A DNA stretch of 64,000 nt from contig NC_134029.1 in assembly GCF_964204645.1 (NCBI RefSeq), positions 16,052,950 to 16,116,949 of the forward strand, given 5' to 3'. The notes beneath the pieces are model-generated. The model worked only from the letters and a program-made list of their open reading frames with translations. It was not told the DNA's origin and did no database searches. The DNA is from Tubulanus polymorphus (Eukaryota > Animalia > Nemertea). The position numbers and the translations under genes were made by a program. Positions within the stretch are counted from its first letter, which is position 1; each line of letters starts with the position of its first letter. This document shows positions 36,201 through 46,309 of the stretch, piece after piece.

Positions 36201-37247
36201 GGGGATGTTTTTAATTCTAACAGGATACTTATCTATCTTATAATTATTTTCAAATGGTTTATAATGAGTTAATCTACAAATATTATAAGTTGCAGGATGT
36301 AAACAACTTATTATAGCCCATAGAAAACATTTATCATCTTCATTTTGTATATTTATTACAGCATTAGTTTTAAATGGTAGTTTAATATAACTTGATGCTT
36401 CAATATCGGGTTCTTTATAATATGATAAATTATTTTCATCAATTGGTTTTGATTTAGTTAACTTATTATATTTTGTGTTATAAACATGTAAAGTTATAAA
36501 TATTATCTCATCAAATATTAAACCAGATCCTTCAAAATATTTTTCTTCTATTTTAGTTTTTATTTCATTATAACATTTATTTAATTTATCATCTATATGT
36601 TGTTTAGATATAATATGTTGTGAATGAGAATTTATATTATATATTGGTTTATCTTCAGATTTTATAAACTTTACTTTAACTGATATACTAATTTTAGGAT
36701 ATTCAACATCTGTAATTATTTTTATTATTTCTTTCATATTTTCTAAATGTTTTTTATTTTCTTCTATTGTTTTACTTTTATGAAATTTAAACTCGATAGC
36801 TGCTGGACCAATATCACTTTTAAATGCTTCGGTTATCTCTATATCTTTTTTATTATCTAATGAATTAATATAATTTCTTACATCTTCCATATATGGTCTT
36901 TTATTGTTTAATTTATTTTTTATTCTTTTAATTGTCTTCTGTTTCTTATCGTTATCATTATCAAAATAATCTTCACCTAAAATATCATTATTCTTATTTC
37001 TAATATGACTTATAGATTTTAAATGTTCTTTATAATATCTTTTATCACTGAATGATTGATTACATGTATCACATTTATATGTTTCTTTTTCATTCTTTAA
37101 TTCTTCTAATTTAGTTTCTAATATATCATCCTTATACTCTAGTTTCAATTTATTCTCTAAATGTGTTATAGTTTTATTGTGTCTTGCTTTTTGAGACTTG
37201 TCTATATCGATATTACATGTTGGGCAGTAGTACTTATTTGCTTCCAT
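33222..37247 (-). CDS. pPolB: Intact protein-primed family B DNA polymerase (1341 aa) with zinc fingers, OTU-like protease region and endonuclease VII-like insert
   Basis: Exo YGDFES / FHNLSGYD / YLKSDV; Pol YIDANNLY / KLMNNAFYGK / YLDTDS; NEDDKCFLWA..HYMWIK; CYYC..VRDHDHLNGKFRGAAHENCNL. Confidence 0.97.
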   Translation of the reverse strand: MEANKYYCPTCNIDIDKSQKARHNKTITHLENKLKLEYKDDILETKLEELKNEKETYKCDTCNQSFSDKRYYKEHLKSISHIRNKNNDILGEDYFDNDNDKKQKTIKRIKNKLNNKRPYMEDVRNYINSLDNKKDIEITEAFKSDIGPAAIEFKFHKSKTIEENKKHLENMKEIIKIITDVEYPKISISVKVKFIKSEDKPIYNINSHSQHIISKQHIDDKLNKCYNEIKTKIEEKYFEGSGLIFDEIIFITLHVYNTKYNKLTKSKPIDENNLSYYKEPDIEASSYIKLPFKTNAVINIQNEDDKCFLWAIISCLHPATYNICRLTHYKPFENNYKIDKYPVRIKNIPKIERDNNIKINVFDLIKLPNTKGNNIKHYTLEPLYLSKDYDSNDVIDILYYENHYMWIKQIDLFFKSENDFDNKIYLCRKCLHKFRTEGALLNHKQLCDNHDYCKLVLPNEKDKILEFKKYDYKNKVPFVIYGDFESLNKELTDKDRKDIYYKRKKLNSNESDYSEEPPKTNTIKKIHQSAAAFGLYIKSDYPELIESEYYHYRNENVINHFCDLLIEYEIRFSKLLNTNKEIIMTEEDKEAFEFADKCYYCEKIFNYKDKKVRDHDHLNGKFRGAAHENCNLQAKKINFVPVIFHNLSGYDAHLFIKQLCHKIEEINNEIEILNSNRSKDKIPTYKFRMLAKTSENYISFQFGCLRFIDSYRFLNSSLDNLSKSLVDDELKILKEYYPNYDDFKLMRYKGAIPYSFYKNHNDFNITELLKEQFYDELKNEYVKDEVYNRTLHIWNHFEIKNHGQLVDLYLKSDVLLLTDIFERFRDVNLKYFNIDPCHCYSSPGLTWDCGLKFTDIKMDLLTNIDQLLLFEKSIRGGVSGVLVDRYFNVNDNPGYKLLYIDANNLYGWAMMEPQPYGMFEITEVLQIDKFDWKKRILDIADDSDTGYFFVVDLEYPENIKFKSRNLAYCPEHKTVKHEELSNYQKRIKPDNHIHTEKLMVTQEDKYNYVVHYRMLKFYLNQGMILKKVHRYISFSQSKWLEKYIDFNTTQRTEAKTDFEKDFFKLMNNAFYGKTCENIRNRNDIELVSNGKRIRHLQSYPKFIGNRIFDENLAAVKLKRTSMKFNKPIYVGASVLEISKLLMYKFYYNILQPHFGEKNIEILYLDTDSYILKIKSDNINDDLKILKYHFDFSNYPKNHELFSNDNKKVPGKFKDELGGEEMIEFIGIRSKMYSYKTKEHEAKKLKGITKSVVEKNIHFKDYINCIFNEEVRKHKMKCLRSEDHEMYIEEIEKISLNPFDDKRYILDDGIHTVAYGCNLDEYIKFKREETKENEIMKRILTC

Positions 37248-37609
37248 TTTAATACTATATTTTTTATTAAAATTGATTTTAGAAGTTCAATGATTTAAAT
37301 GTTATTCATATATATGTGAATATTTTAAGAGTAATAGGGGTTTAGTTGTTTCAGGTTAAAGGTTGAACGGTCGAGTGAGTAAAAAATGAAAAAACAAAAA
37401 TAATAACAATTCAAACAACTCACACTTTACTCACACTTTCTTCTAGCGAGTAGAAAATGAAAAATAAATTCGAGTATGCGAGAATTATTGTTCATTTTTA
37501 TGAGTTTTGCGAGTAATTCAAGTAGAAATTGTTATTATTTTTATGTTTTTTCATTTTTGCGAGCTCGACCGTTCGACCTTTGATCTGAAACAACTAAACT
37601 CCTATTACT
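37134..37609. repeat. Right TIR of B (476 bp), hairpin at 37330-37609
   Basis: Reverse complement of 19705-20182. Confidence 0.95.
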
Positions 37610-38130
37610 TATCTTTATTATCACTTATACATAAATCATCTAATGTTTTTTCAATATCAATACTATTCTTATTAGATTTCTTTGACATTTATATTAGAGA
37701 AAAAAAAGCAAAAAAAAAATATTATAAGTATTCTTCAAATGATACTAGTATCTCTTTAGGTTAATACTAAATTGACTAGGTTAGTTAAAGTTAAAGAATT
37801 TCTATTCAAATCTATTCAAAATCTATTCAATCTAATGTCAATTAGAATTACCCAAAAGAAAATATTAAAAATATAATAGAATTCACTAGCTAGTTGAAGT
37901 TATTGTTTTTTTATTATATTCTATTTAAATTAGGATTTAATATCACCATGTGGGTGCCGTACGGCACCATCTCACTACTATTGTCTATCTATTAGGAGCA
38001 GTAATTATAACCGTCCAGATAGGTCATTTCGGATCCTTGATAACAAATCCTCAAACTGAAAATAAATTCAAAGAAACGACTGGTGGAATTACTATTTCAT
38101 AAACACATATATTTATTATACAAATTTTAG

Positions 38131-38484
38131 CGATCGATAATAGAACAATGGAGAACAATAGAAATGCGGTCCAATCGGACCGGTTATTGCGCAATACACA
38201 GTTATATTTTTGTTCTGTAAACTACAACATCCAAACATAGAACTGTAACCAATCAATATTGAGCAGCTGTTTCAGTCAACAACGATCAATAGTAGAACAA
38301 TGGAGAACAATAGAAAAGCGGTCCAATCGGACCGGTTATTGCGCAATACACAGTTAACAGTAAACAATCAATACAGAACAACCGCCGCCATTAACAACGA
38401 TCAATAATAGAACAATGGAGAACAATAGAAAAGCGGTTCAATCGGACCGGTTATTGCGCAATACTTAGTTAACAGTAAACAATA
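38131..38484. repeat. Three direct repeats (spacing 152 and 115 bp) containing small palindromes
   Basis: TAGAACAATGGAGAACAATAGAAA.GCGGT.CAATCGGACCGGTTATTGCGCAATAC at ~38131, 38283 and 38398; two copies in C at 49606-49802. Confidence 0.88.
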
Positions 38485-39005
38485 CAATATTAAAACAGAT
38501 ATGTACAATCGAGATTACATTTTTTGATATCTATATTACAAAGACCTTCAGTGTGTTACGAGAGTTTCATCCTCCATTTCTATTGATTCCTGAGTTTCAC
38601 TATTCAGCAGCATTAGTTCCTTTTCCTATGGTTGGCTTAGAAGTTCTGGTTCATCTTTGTGTTCCATTTTAATCTAAAAGATATCGTGAAAATGAATTAC
38701 TGTACTTAAATATGTTTAAAGGTTTCCCTACTTCATAATATATGTACTTACATTTAGATTTAGAACTGTAAACTGTGTTTTGAGAGAGAATATCCAATAC
38801 GTACTATGTATGTGAAAGTTGATTTCTAACTGCCGACGTGGCGCACGTTCAACCAAACTAATTATTTCTGCACAGATGTTCTTTATGATGAAGTTAATTA
38901 ATTCTTTAGAATTGAAAACAAGATATATTTGGCAACATATGTTTTAGTAGTAAGCAAAAGCTATGTATTATATACATACAAAGCTCAAATAGAATTTCCA
39001 GCTTT

Positions 39006-39674
39006 CTAACCACTGATTAAAACCTCAGAATGCGGTTGATTCTGTGAAATACTATTCCATAATTCAACAAATGTCTTTGCTTTATCCAGTTGATCTAAAT
39101 ATAACTGTAAATCTAGTTTATTAGATTTAATTATATTTTCCTTCTTTTCTAAAGGCCTTAAATTTTTCCAGTTCCATATTAGCTTCTTATTATAATCATC
39201 ACTCATGTCAAATTTAGAAATCGGCAACACGTGATCAATATGAAAGTATTCACCATAATTATCTATATTCATTTTATCATCGAACTGAAATATAATCCAT
39301 GATTTTAAGAATTCATCTGAACAACCCAATAAATTAGATAGTGTTTCTGAATGTGTTTCTTTGTTGAATAATTGTGTTAATCTAGATCTTAAGCATTGTT
39401 TCAATCTAAAATTAATATCTGTTTGATATCTTACTCTCATATATTCTGTCATATAATCATTACAAGCTTCTCTATTATCTTCTCTATATTGTTTGGTATA
39501 TAGTTTAAAACAAGTTTTACAGCAATATTGAAAACCATCTTTGCTAATCTTACGCTTACTAAATTCTGTTAAAGCTAATTTATCTAATTCACATTTAGAA
39601 CACATCTTGTATTATATATTTTTGACGCCAGTGTTATTTGTAATATTTATAGTTTGTGGTTGTTCTGATTCCAT
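39006..39674 (-). pseudogene. HNH endonuclease of A (frameshift near the 5' end)
   Basis: Near-identical to 48413-49081. Confidence 0.82.
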
Positions 39675-39695
39675 TTATTATACATATTTTTTTAC

Positions 39696-40111
39696 TAAAT
39701 TGTTTTTAGAAGTTCAATGATTTATATCATGTATTATTTCAATCACACTTTACTAACACTTTTAATGTTTAAAATCTAACTCACACAAATATAAATATTG
39801 AAATAATGTTATAAATATATCTATATATCTATTCTATAAGAGCTTACACTTTTAAATGTTATTCATTTACATGAATATTTTAAGAGTAATAGGGATAATA
39901 GGCTTTCAGGTTAAAGGTTGAATGGTCGAGTTCATTAATAACAAATATTAAAAGTAATTTAAAACTATAATATATTTTCATAACCGTGTGTATTTCAGTT
40001 GAATAATAGAATAATAATTATTATTAAAATATATTTGATTATATGAATTTGTGTATTGTAAATAAATCAATTGGTCGCGGAGCGGAGCGGTAGCGAAGTG
40101 GAGCTATTACT
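39696..40111. repeat. Right TIR of A, lacking the outer hairpin arm except the terminal 8 bp
   Basis: Matches 5570-5979 in reverse, then ends ..GTGGAGCTATTACT. Confidence 0.88.
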
Positions 40112-40117
40112 GATACT

Positions 40118-41791
40118 GTTGATTGTGCAAATAATTCTTTCGTTACTGTTACAGCTACGTCAGTTGGATCGAATACTTGTTACGGTATACATAAGGCTAT
40201 GGATATTGATAGCTTTAATTCGTTGAATCACCTGTTGAGAGTGACGATTCGTGTATACAGATTTGTAAATATGTTACTGCGTAAAAGTTTTGTCCCTCTT
40301 TCAGATCCAATCACTGTAGAAGAACGCGAATTTGCGGAGAATCAATGGGTGTTCGGTATTTAGAGTGAAGGATTTGGTGATATTATTCATTCCTTACTTC
40401 AAGTTTTGGTAAGACAGTTGAAACTCTTTTTGTCTGATGGCGTCCTTCGTTGCGGGGGGAGAATACAGAACGCTAGGCTTCCGGTGAAAACGAAGTACCC
40501 GATCCTGTTGCCGAGAACCCATCGATTCACGTTTTTGTATCTTCGTTACGTCCATTGTATTAAGGTAATGCATGAAGGTGTTAATGCAACAATAGCATTT
40601 GTTAGACAGAAATATTGGGTACCACAAATTCGTCGTCGTATTACCTCTTTGATACACAAGTGTGTGCCTTGTATTAAGGCTGGCACTGGTAAACCATTCG
40701 TGCTTCCCGATCCGGCTCCATTACCCGCCGTACGAGTTCAAGAAGCGCCACCCTTTTTAGTAGTTGGTATTGATTATACAGGCGCTTTAATCGTAAGAAC
40801 CGAATCATCTGATGCAAAGGTTTATATTTGTCTTATAACATGCGCTATTACTAGAGCGTTACATTTAGAACTTGTAACTGACCTTACCTGTGATGCCTTT
40901 CTTTTAGCATTTCGTAGGTTTTGTGCTCGTCGATCGTTTCCACGTATTGTGTACTCTGATAATGCTTCAACTTTTACATGCGCATCCGAGGAACTCTCGA
41001 ATTTATTCAAATCACTGAAAATCTTTCAATTCATGGCCCAGAATGGGGTCGAATGGCGTTTCATTCCAAAAAGAGCTCCGTGGTTCGGAGGATTTTGGGA
41101 GAGGTTAGTTGGGATGGTAAAAAGCTGTCTGAAAAGAGTCATCGGTCGTGCAAAACTTAACTACGATGAATTGAATACTGTTGTTATTGAATGTGAATGT
41201 ATAATTAATGATAGACCTTTAACATATGTTGATAGCCGTGTTTTAGAACCAGAACCACTAACTCCTTCTCACTTAATCTATGGCCGCGGAATATCGGCTC
41301 TTCCGCAACCTATTACTGATGCTGATACGTTGGCTGATCCAGATTATGGTCATAGCGAGTTGAATCGTCGGCAAGAACATCGCGCCGTACTCGTGCAGCA
41401 TTTCTGGGGAAGATGGAAAAACGAGTACCTCACCGCACTCAGGGAGCGACATAATCAGTCCGGAAATAATCAGGAAATAGTGAAAATAGGTGATATCGTT
41501 CAAATCCACGCGGATAACCCTCGTCTTACATTGCGTTTGGGTATCATCGAAAAGTTGAATCGTGGAAATGATAACTGTATGCGATCGGCGGTCGTGCGAA
41601 CCGCTAAGGGTCGAACGAGTAGACCCATTAATAAGTTGTACCCGCTCGAAATAAATCATCAAGAATTCGCGAAACAGGAGCCACAACCCGAAAAAGCGCG
41701 TAGGATCATCCACCCGAAACGTGCGGCTGCCGTTGCAGCCTTGCAGAAACTTCGCGCCGGGAGAATGTCGGGACTCGGTCCTATGGAGTGA
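40118..41791 (+). pseudogene. pol: BEL/Pao pol, 3' part (integrase)
   Basis: DIDSFNSLNHLLRVT, LRCGGRI, H..HEGV..C..C, GIDY, SDNA, APWFGGFWERL, INDRPL, LTPSHL, RPINKLYPLE. Confidence 0.93.
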
Positions 41792-42010
41792 CTCAACTCT
41801 GTCAACTCTGTTGCTGTTTCGAATGTGACTGAACTGTCCAGTAAACTGTAAACTGTATATTTCCGAATTCAATACTATTTGTTATTCACGGTCTGTGACC
41901 GTCATATTTGCTGCATATAAATATCTGTGTATGAATAAATTAGGAGGCATTTTTGTAAGATCACACTGTTCGTAGTGCTGAGTTCTTGTTCTCTGGTCGT
42001 CTCTCTCGTC
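41766..42010 (+). repeat. Truncated 3' LTR of the BEL/Pao element
   Basis: Purine tract GGGAGAA then TGT start; TATAAA and AATAAA inside; no second LTR in the window to confirm. Confidence 0.6.
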
Positions 42011-42284
42011 TAATACTACAGTTATTCCTAAATCATCTAAAGTTTTTTCAATTGCAACATCACTATTTTTAGATTTTATTTTCTTTTCACCTCCCATTTA
42101 TATAACAAAAAAAATTAGTTATGTTGTTGCAACTAGAATTCAACTAGATTAACAAGCTAGTTGAAATATTGTTGTTTTTATTTATTTCTTGTTGAATTTT
42201 ATTTGATTTTTGTTTCAACTACCAATAACTAGATTTCAACTAGAATGTAACTAAAAATATACTAGATTAACAAGCTAGTTGAGT

Positions 42285-42586
42285 TTAAATAAATTCATAT
42301 TTAAATGGGTGTTGTAATCGAAATAGTAATTTTGATCTTTTGTTATTTTTCAATTTATCCATATATTCATTATGTAAATCATGTGGAATAATATCATTTT
42401 CCTCAAGTGCATTTTTCATCGATTTTCTATCTTTATTGTAGAATCAAACTAGAAATCTAATGTTTTCTCTAAAATCTTTAACAATTGAATCATATTTTTG
42501 ATTTAAAACCCACGTTGTTATCCCAAAATGTCTCCCAGAGAAAGCTAAATAATATAATTCACTTTCTCTCACTTTTGAATCATGTA
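42285..42586 (-). pseudogene. C-terminal fragment of a divergent packaging ATPase
   Basis: Reverse strand reads HDSKVRESELYYLAFSGRHFGITTWVLNQKY..RLQHPFKYEFI*. Confidence 0.8.
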
Positions 42587-42627
42587 GAGGTCTCATGAAG
42601 GGGTCTCTAATTCATTTAATATTAATC

Positions 42628-43011
42628 TTATTTGAAAGTATGTATGAAATCTAAATGAACTAAATGAATCAATTTATATTTAGAATTATTCAAATGATCA
42701 TTCCAACTAATTCCACATCCTGTTGTTGCACAATAAACTGCAAAATTTAGTTGGTTCCGCCAATACTTCATATTAGATTTTAATAACCATTGTTTTTCAT
42801 TTTTCAATTTTTTAAAATTAATTAAATATACATGAAATATATTTTCCATATTTGCATTAGAATTATTAGTATCAGTAACATAAATTTCTAAATTAGTTAA
42901 TGAATCTAAAACTTCATTTCTATATGAAATATCTTTATTAAAATCTATTGCTAGAATATTATATTTAATTGATTTATTATATTGAAAAGCTTTTGGAAAA
43001 CTAATTGCCAT
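42628..43011 (-). pseudogene. 5' fragment of the 433-aa protein
   Basis: YWRNQLNFAVYCATTGCGIS. Confidence 0.8.
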
Positions 43012-43027
43012 TTATATAATCAAAAAA

Positions 43028-43462
43028 TTAATAATTTATTAATTCTTTTAATAATTTATCTCGTTCTTCAACTGTTATATGACCATTTAAAATAATTATA
43101 TAATCTAATGTGTTTTTTAATTTATTAATTTCTTTTATATTAGTTTTAATTTTTTCTTTATTACTTTTTATGTTTAATTTTGAACTTATACCAGTTAAAA
43201 CACTTGAACTTAAAGCTAACACACCAATTGATATAGCTAAAGGTGTTAATGGACTGAATATTACTAGAAATGTTATTACAGAACTAATTGTAACTGAACC
43301 ACTGATAATAAAATGATATATAATTTTAATTTTTAAATATTTTTTCTTTTTTATCTTTAAGTCACTTTCAAATTCTAATATTTGTTTTTCTAAATATATT
43401 TTTAATTTAGTTTTATTTATATCATGAGGAATAATATCAATATTATCAACTTTATCATCCAT
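43028..43462 (-). CDS. 144-aa two-TM protein (D copy)
   Basis: Near-identical to 30591-31025. Confidence 0.78.
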   Translation of the reverse strand: MDDKVDNIDIIPHDINKTKLKIYLEKQILEFESDLKIKKKKYLKIKIIYHFIISGSVTISSVITFLVIFSPLTPLAISIGVLALSSSVLTGISSKLNIKSNKEKIKTNIKEINKLKNTLDYIIILNGHITVEERDKLLKELINY

Positions 43463-43482
43463 TTATTTCCCAAAAAAAATTA

Positions 43483-43906
43483 CTAATTAGTAAATTTATA
43501 TGCTACAAATATAACAATAACAGTTCCACCTAAAATCCATATTATTTCATATTTCTGTTTTTCTTTACTTGGGGTATAATAATCTGATAATTTAGGTTTG
43601 TATAGATGTAATTTTTCTTTATTTGTTACCGCGTTATATAAACTCATTGCATCATTAACTGATTGAAAATCTCTATGTGAAATCTTCTGATCATATAATT
43701 CTTTGTTAATATAATCCATGTAATTTTGTCTCTTTTCTCTATATTCTTCTGCAGCTTTATTATATTTTTTCTAATGCTAAATTATGTCTTTTTTGTTCTG
43801 ATAATGACCCATTTTTTATCAATATGCTTAAATAAATATCCACCACCAGTAAATGCTAAAGCGTTAACAATTGCCGATCCTATTATAGTTATAATTGCAG
43901 AAGCCA
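43483..43906 (-). pseudogene. 140-aa protein (D copy, frameshifted)
   Basis: Homologous to 31045-31467. Confidence 0.78.
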
Positions 43907-43934
43907 TTTATTTAGCAAAAAAATTATGCACTTC

Positions 43935-44156
43935 TTATATGGGAGGGATATATTTTTGTTTTTCCAAATAATTAATAGTTAAATTAGATAAAGTTACTGC
44001 TAACGTTAATTTTAAAATATCATTTATATCAAATCTATCAACATTAACACTTCCCATTTTAAATACTTTTTTTAATACCATTGAATAACCAACAGTTCCA
44101 ACTGATAGTAAGGCTCCATTATATAATCCAGTTATTATCCACTTATTATCACTCAT
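43935..44156 (-). CDS. 73-aa hydrophobic protein (D copy)
   Basis: Homologous to 31493-31714. Confidence 0.75.
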   Translation of the reverse strand: MSDNKWIITGLYNGALLSVGTVGYSMVLKKVFKMGSVNVDRFDINDILKLTLAVTLSNLTINYLEKQKYIPPI

Positions 44157-44514
44157 TTATTTAGAAAAAAAAAATTACTATCTTCAAAATATTCATTTAT
44201 CTTAGTTATAATTATTTCAACATTTATAGTATTATTAGTTTCATTTTCATATATTTCAGTTATCATTTTTTAATATCATCGATAATAAAATCTTCATCTA
44301 ATTCATAAAATCTTAAAGATTCTCTAATTAAATCAGTAATCTTTTCTACATTTAAAGTTTCTTTATCTATTGTTTTTTCATACTCAAATGTTGTTTCATT
44401 AGAAAATGCAATATTTTTAATATGTGTAATTACATCAGTAATGTTTAATTTCATTTCTTTCTCACGTTTAAAATCAAATCCAAAACATATGCTCGGTCCA
44501 ACAGTTATATTCAT
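44157..44514 (-). pseudogene. MNITVGPS-family gene (A-type allele, frameshifted)
   Basis: Homologous to 11276-11632. Confidence 0.72.
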
Positions 44515-44530
44515 TTATATAATGAAAAAA

Positions 44531-45285
44531 TTATTCTTTACATCTTATCACTAATCCATAAATTACAGGAAAGTTATTCAAATCAATTAAGTATCCATTA
44601 AGATTTCTTATTTCTAATTTGAAATTATTGAAATGTGGAATACAAGGTTTAAAATCACATACAGCTAAATTATAATTTATTTGCGTTCCAAATTGTTTAA
44701 CATTTTTAATGGTATAATATTTAATATACTAGAATTACAAATTGTAGCTTTAGTTGCTTCAAATGTTTTTGTAGGATCAATTAAATTGCAATAAATATAA
44801 AAGTGTGTAAAAGTCATTAAATTTGTATAAGTTTCGATACTTGAATAATCTCTATCTGGAAGAATTCCAAACAGTTTAGCTATAGGTTTTCTTACTAGAA
44901 ATCTATGTTGTTCATTAGTTAACTTTATTCTTACTTTACTCGAACTATCACTTTTAATAAATTTAATTTCAAATCTAGCAGCTGCACCCATTTTTAAACG
45001 AGCTCTTCTATTAATTTCTTGCGCAAATGTTTCTAAATTATATAATCCTGGTTTTAGATAAAGATGAAACCATTTATTCAAATGTCTAACATGAATTTTA
45101 AAAGCTAAATGATCGAGACTTTTATTCGATATATTATGAAAAGAATTACATAAACTTAAATTAAATAATTTTAAATCTACACAATTCTTAAATTCTCTAT
45201 CTAATTGTACTAGTAAATTATGTGATTTATAATTTGTAAGTCTTCTAGAATCAACAAATATTCTGTATTCTTTTAATTCTACCAT
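44531..45285 (-). pseudogene. Minor capsid protein (D copy, 3' frameshift)
   Basis: Homologous to 32073-32834. Confidence 0.78.
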
Positions 45286-45355
45286 TTATTTATAACATAA
45301 AAAACATTACCGCTCACCACTAAAAATTAATTTTAATAAAAATTTTCCTAAATAA

Positions 45356-45725
45356 ATGGATGAGAAGATACCATGTGAAATTTGTGGTGAACTTCTAAGA
45401 AAAAGTTATATGGCTCGACATATGAAAAAACATGATGAAATTTATAAACCCACTAAAATAAACTGCCCAAATTGTAATAAATTATTCTCAAGAAATTATG
45501 TTAAAAAACATTCAGAGAAGTGTAAAGTTAATGACACAACGGTTAATGTTGATAGTAATGAAAGTAATAGTAATTCTGTTGAAGTTGAATCTGAAATTAT
45601 TTGGAAAAGACCTTTCTTATTCTATGATAAGAATGATATAAAAGATCATTTCTGTGAGCATTGTCGAATAAAATATAGCCCTGAAAATATAGAAGATTGG
45701 GAGAATCATCAATTTCATAAAATCT
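45356..45725 (+). pseudogene. Truncated C2H2 zinc-finger gene unique to D
   Basis: CEIC..H..KH, CPNC..H..C, CEHC; TAAATG start; runs into the antisense strand of the intein at ~45720. Confidence 0.65.
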
Positions 45726-46309
45726 ATGATTTTAAATGTTTTATTTGGGTAAACTTCTTCACAGTATTTCTTTATTCTTTCTAATAATTTCAAATCTTGA
45801 TTACATAAATACCAACAATATTGAGTTCCACTAACATAATTATACACACCTGCTGAACCATCTCCCATGAAAAATCCTTTGATAAAATATTCTTTTTCAA
45901 CCAATGTTTCGGGTTCTATATTATAAATATTATCAGTTATTTTATCAAATGACATATGATTCATTCTTTGGAAAAATCTTTTATGTAATAATTCATCTCC
46001 AATTTTTACATCAGTTGGTTTTATTTCATCACCATTTCGTTTAATTAAACTATGATCTTCTTTAACATCAACGAATCCTAATTTAGTTCTTACTCTATAG
46101 ATTTTCTTATTTGTTTTATGCCTAGTAATATTCTTTAATTTTTTCCATTCATTTCTTGTCCATACATCCATTAATCCATTTATTTGTATTAATTCTTTTT
46201 CACCATATGAAATATAACGTTCATTTTGTTTTGGAATTATTTCTGAAATTCTTCTAATTAATATTTGGTTATTGTATTTCAATAATATTGGGGTGTCAGC
46301 TGTTACAGA
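45720..46309 (-). mobile_element. Intein (N-terminal splicing domain plus first LAGLIDADG motif), C-terminally truncated
   Basis: Begins exactly between YFD and the expected TDS with SVTADTPILL (block A); VDVKEDHSL (block B); FIKGFFMGDGS (LAGLIDADG). Confidence 0.9.

Larger units (their letters stand above)
19705..37609 (-). mobile_element. Polinton/Maverick element B, near-intact, 17,905 bp
   Basis: AGTAATAG..CTATTACT ends, near-identical TIRs, perfect 6-bp TSD TATCTT (19699-19704 and 37610-37615), complete gene set. Confidence 0.97.
5388..40111 (+). mobile_element. Polinton/Maverick element A (degenerate, ~16.8 kb without nested B)
   Basis: Ends AGTAATAG...CTATTACT; flanks TATACT (5382-5387) and GATACT (40112-40117) form a 6-bp TSD with one mismatch; pPolB, capsid, ATPase and integrase genes present. 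Confidence 0.93.
3158..42010 (+). mobile_element. Decayed BEL/Pao LTR retrotransposon, interrupted by Polinton A
   Basis: Protease-tail, RT and RNase H part at 3470-5387 and integrase part at 40118-41791 rejoin in frame across the insertion. Polypurine tract and LTR start follow. 5' LTR and gag not recognisable; 5' boundary approximate. Confidence 0.88.

Noticed and set aside
37507-37764. 85-aa ORF
   Set aside because: Spans the TIR of B and the antisense strand of the split A gene.
5388-40111. Bacterial prophage or a single 35-kb giant element
   Set aside because: Chromodomain rve integrase, 6-bp TSDs and Pao flanks indicate eukaryotic Polintons; the TATCTT TSD shows two nested elements.
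41882-42097. 71-aa ORF as a real gene
   Set aside because: Chimera of a truncated Polinton gene start and antisense LTR sequence.
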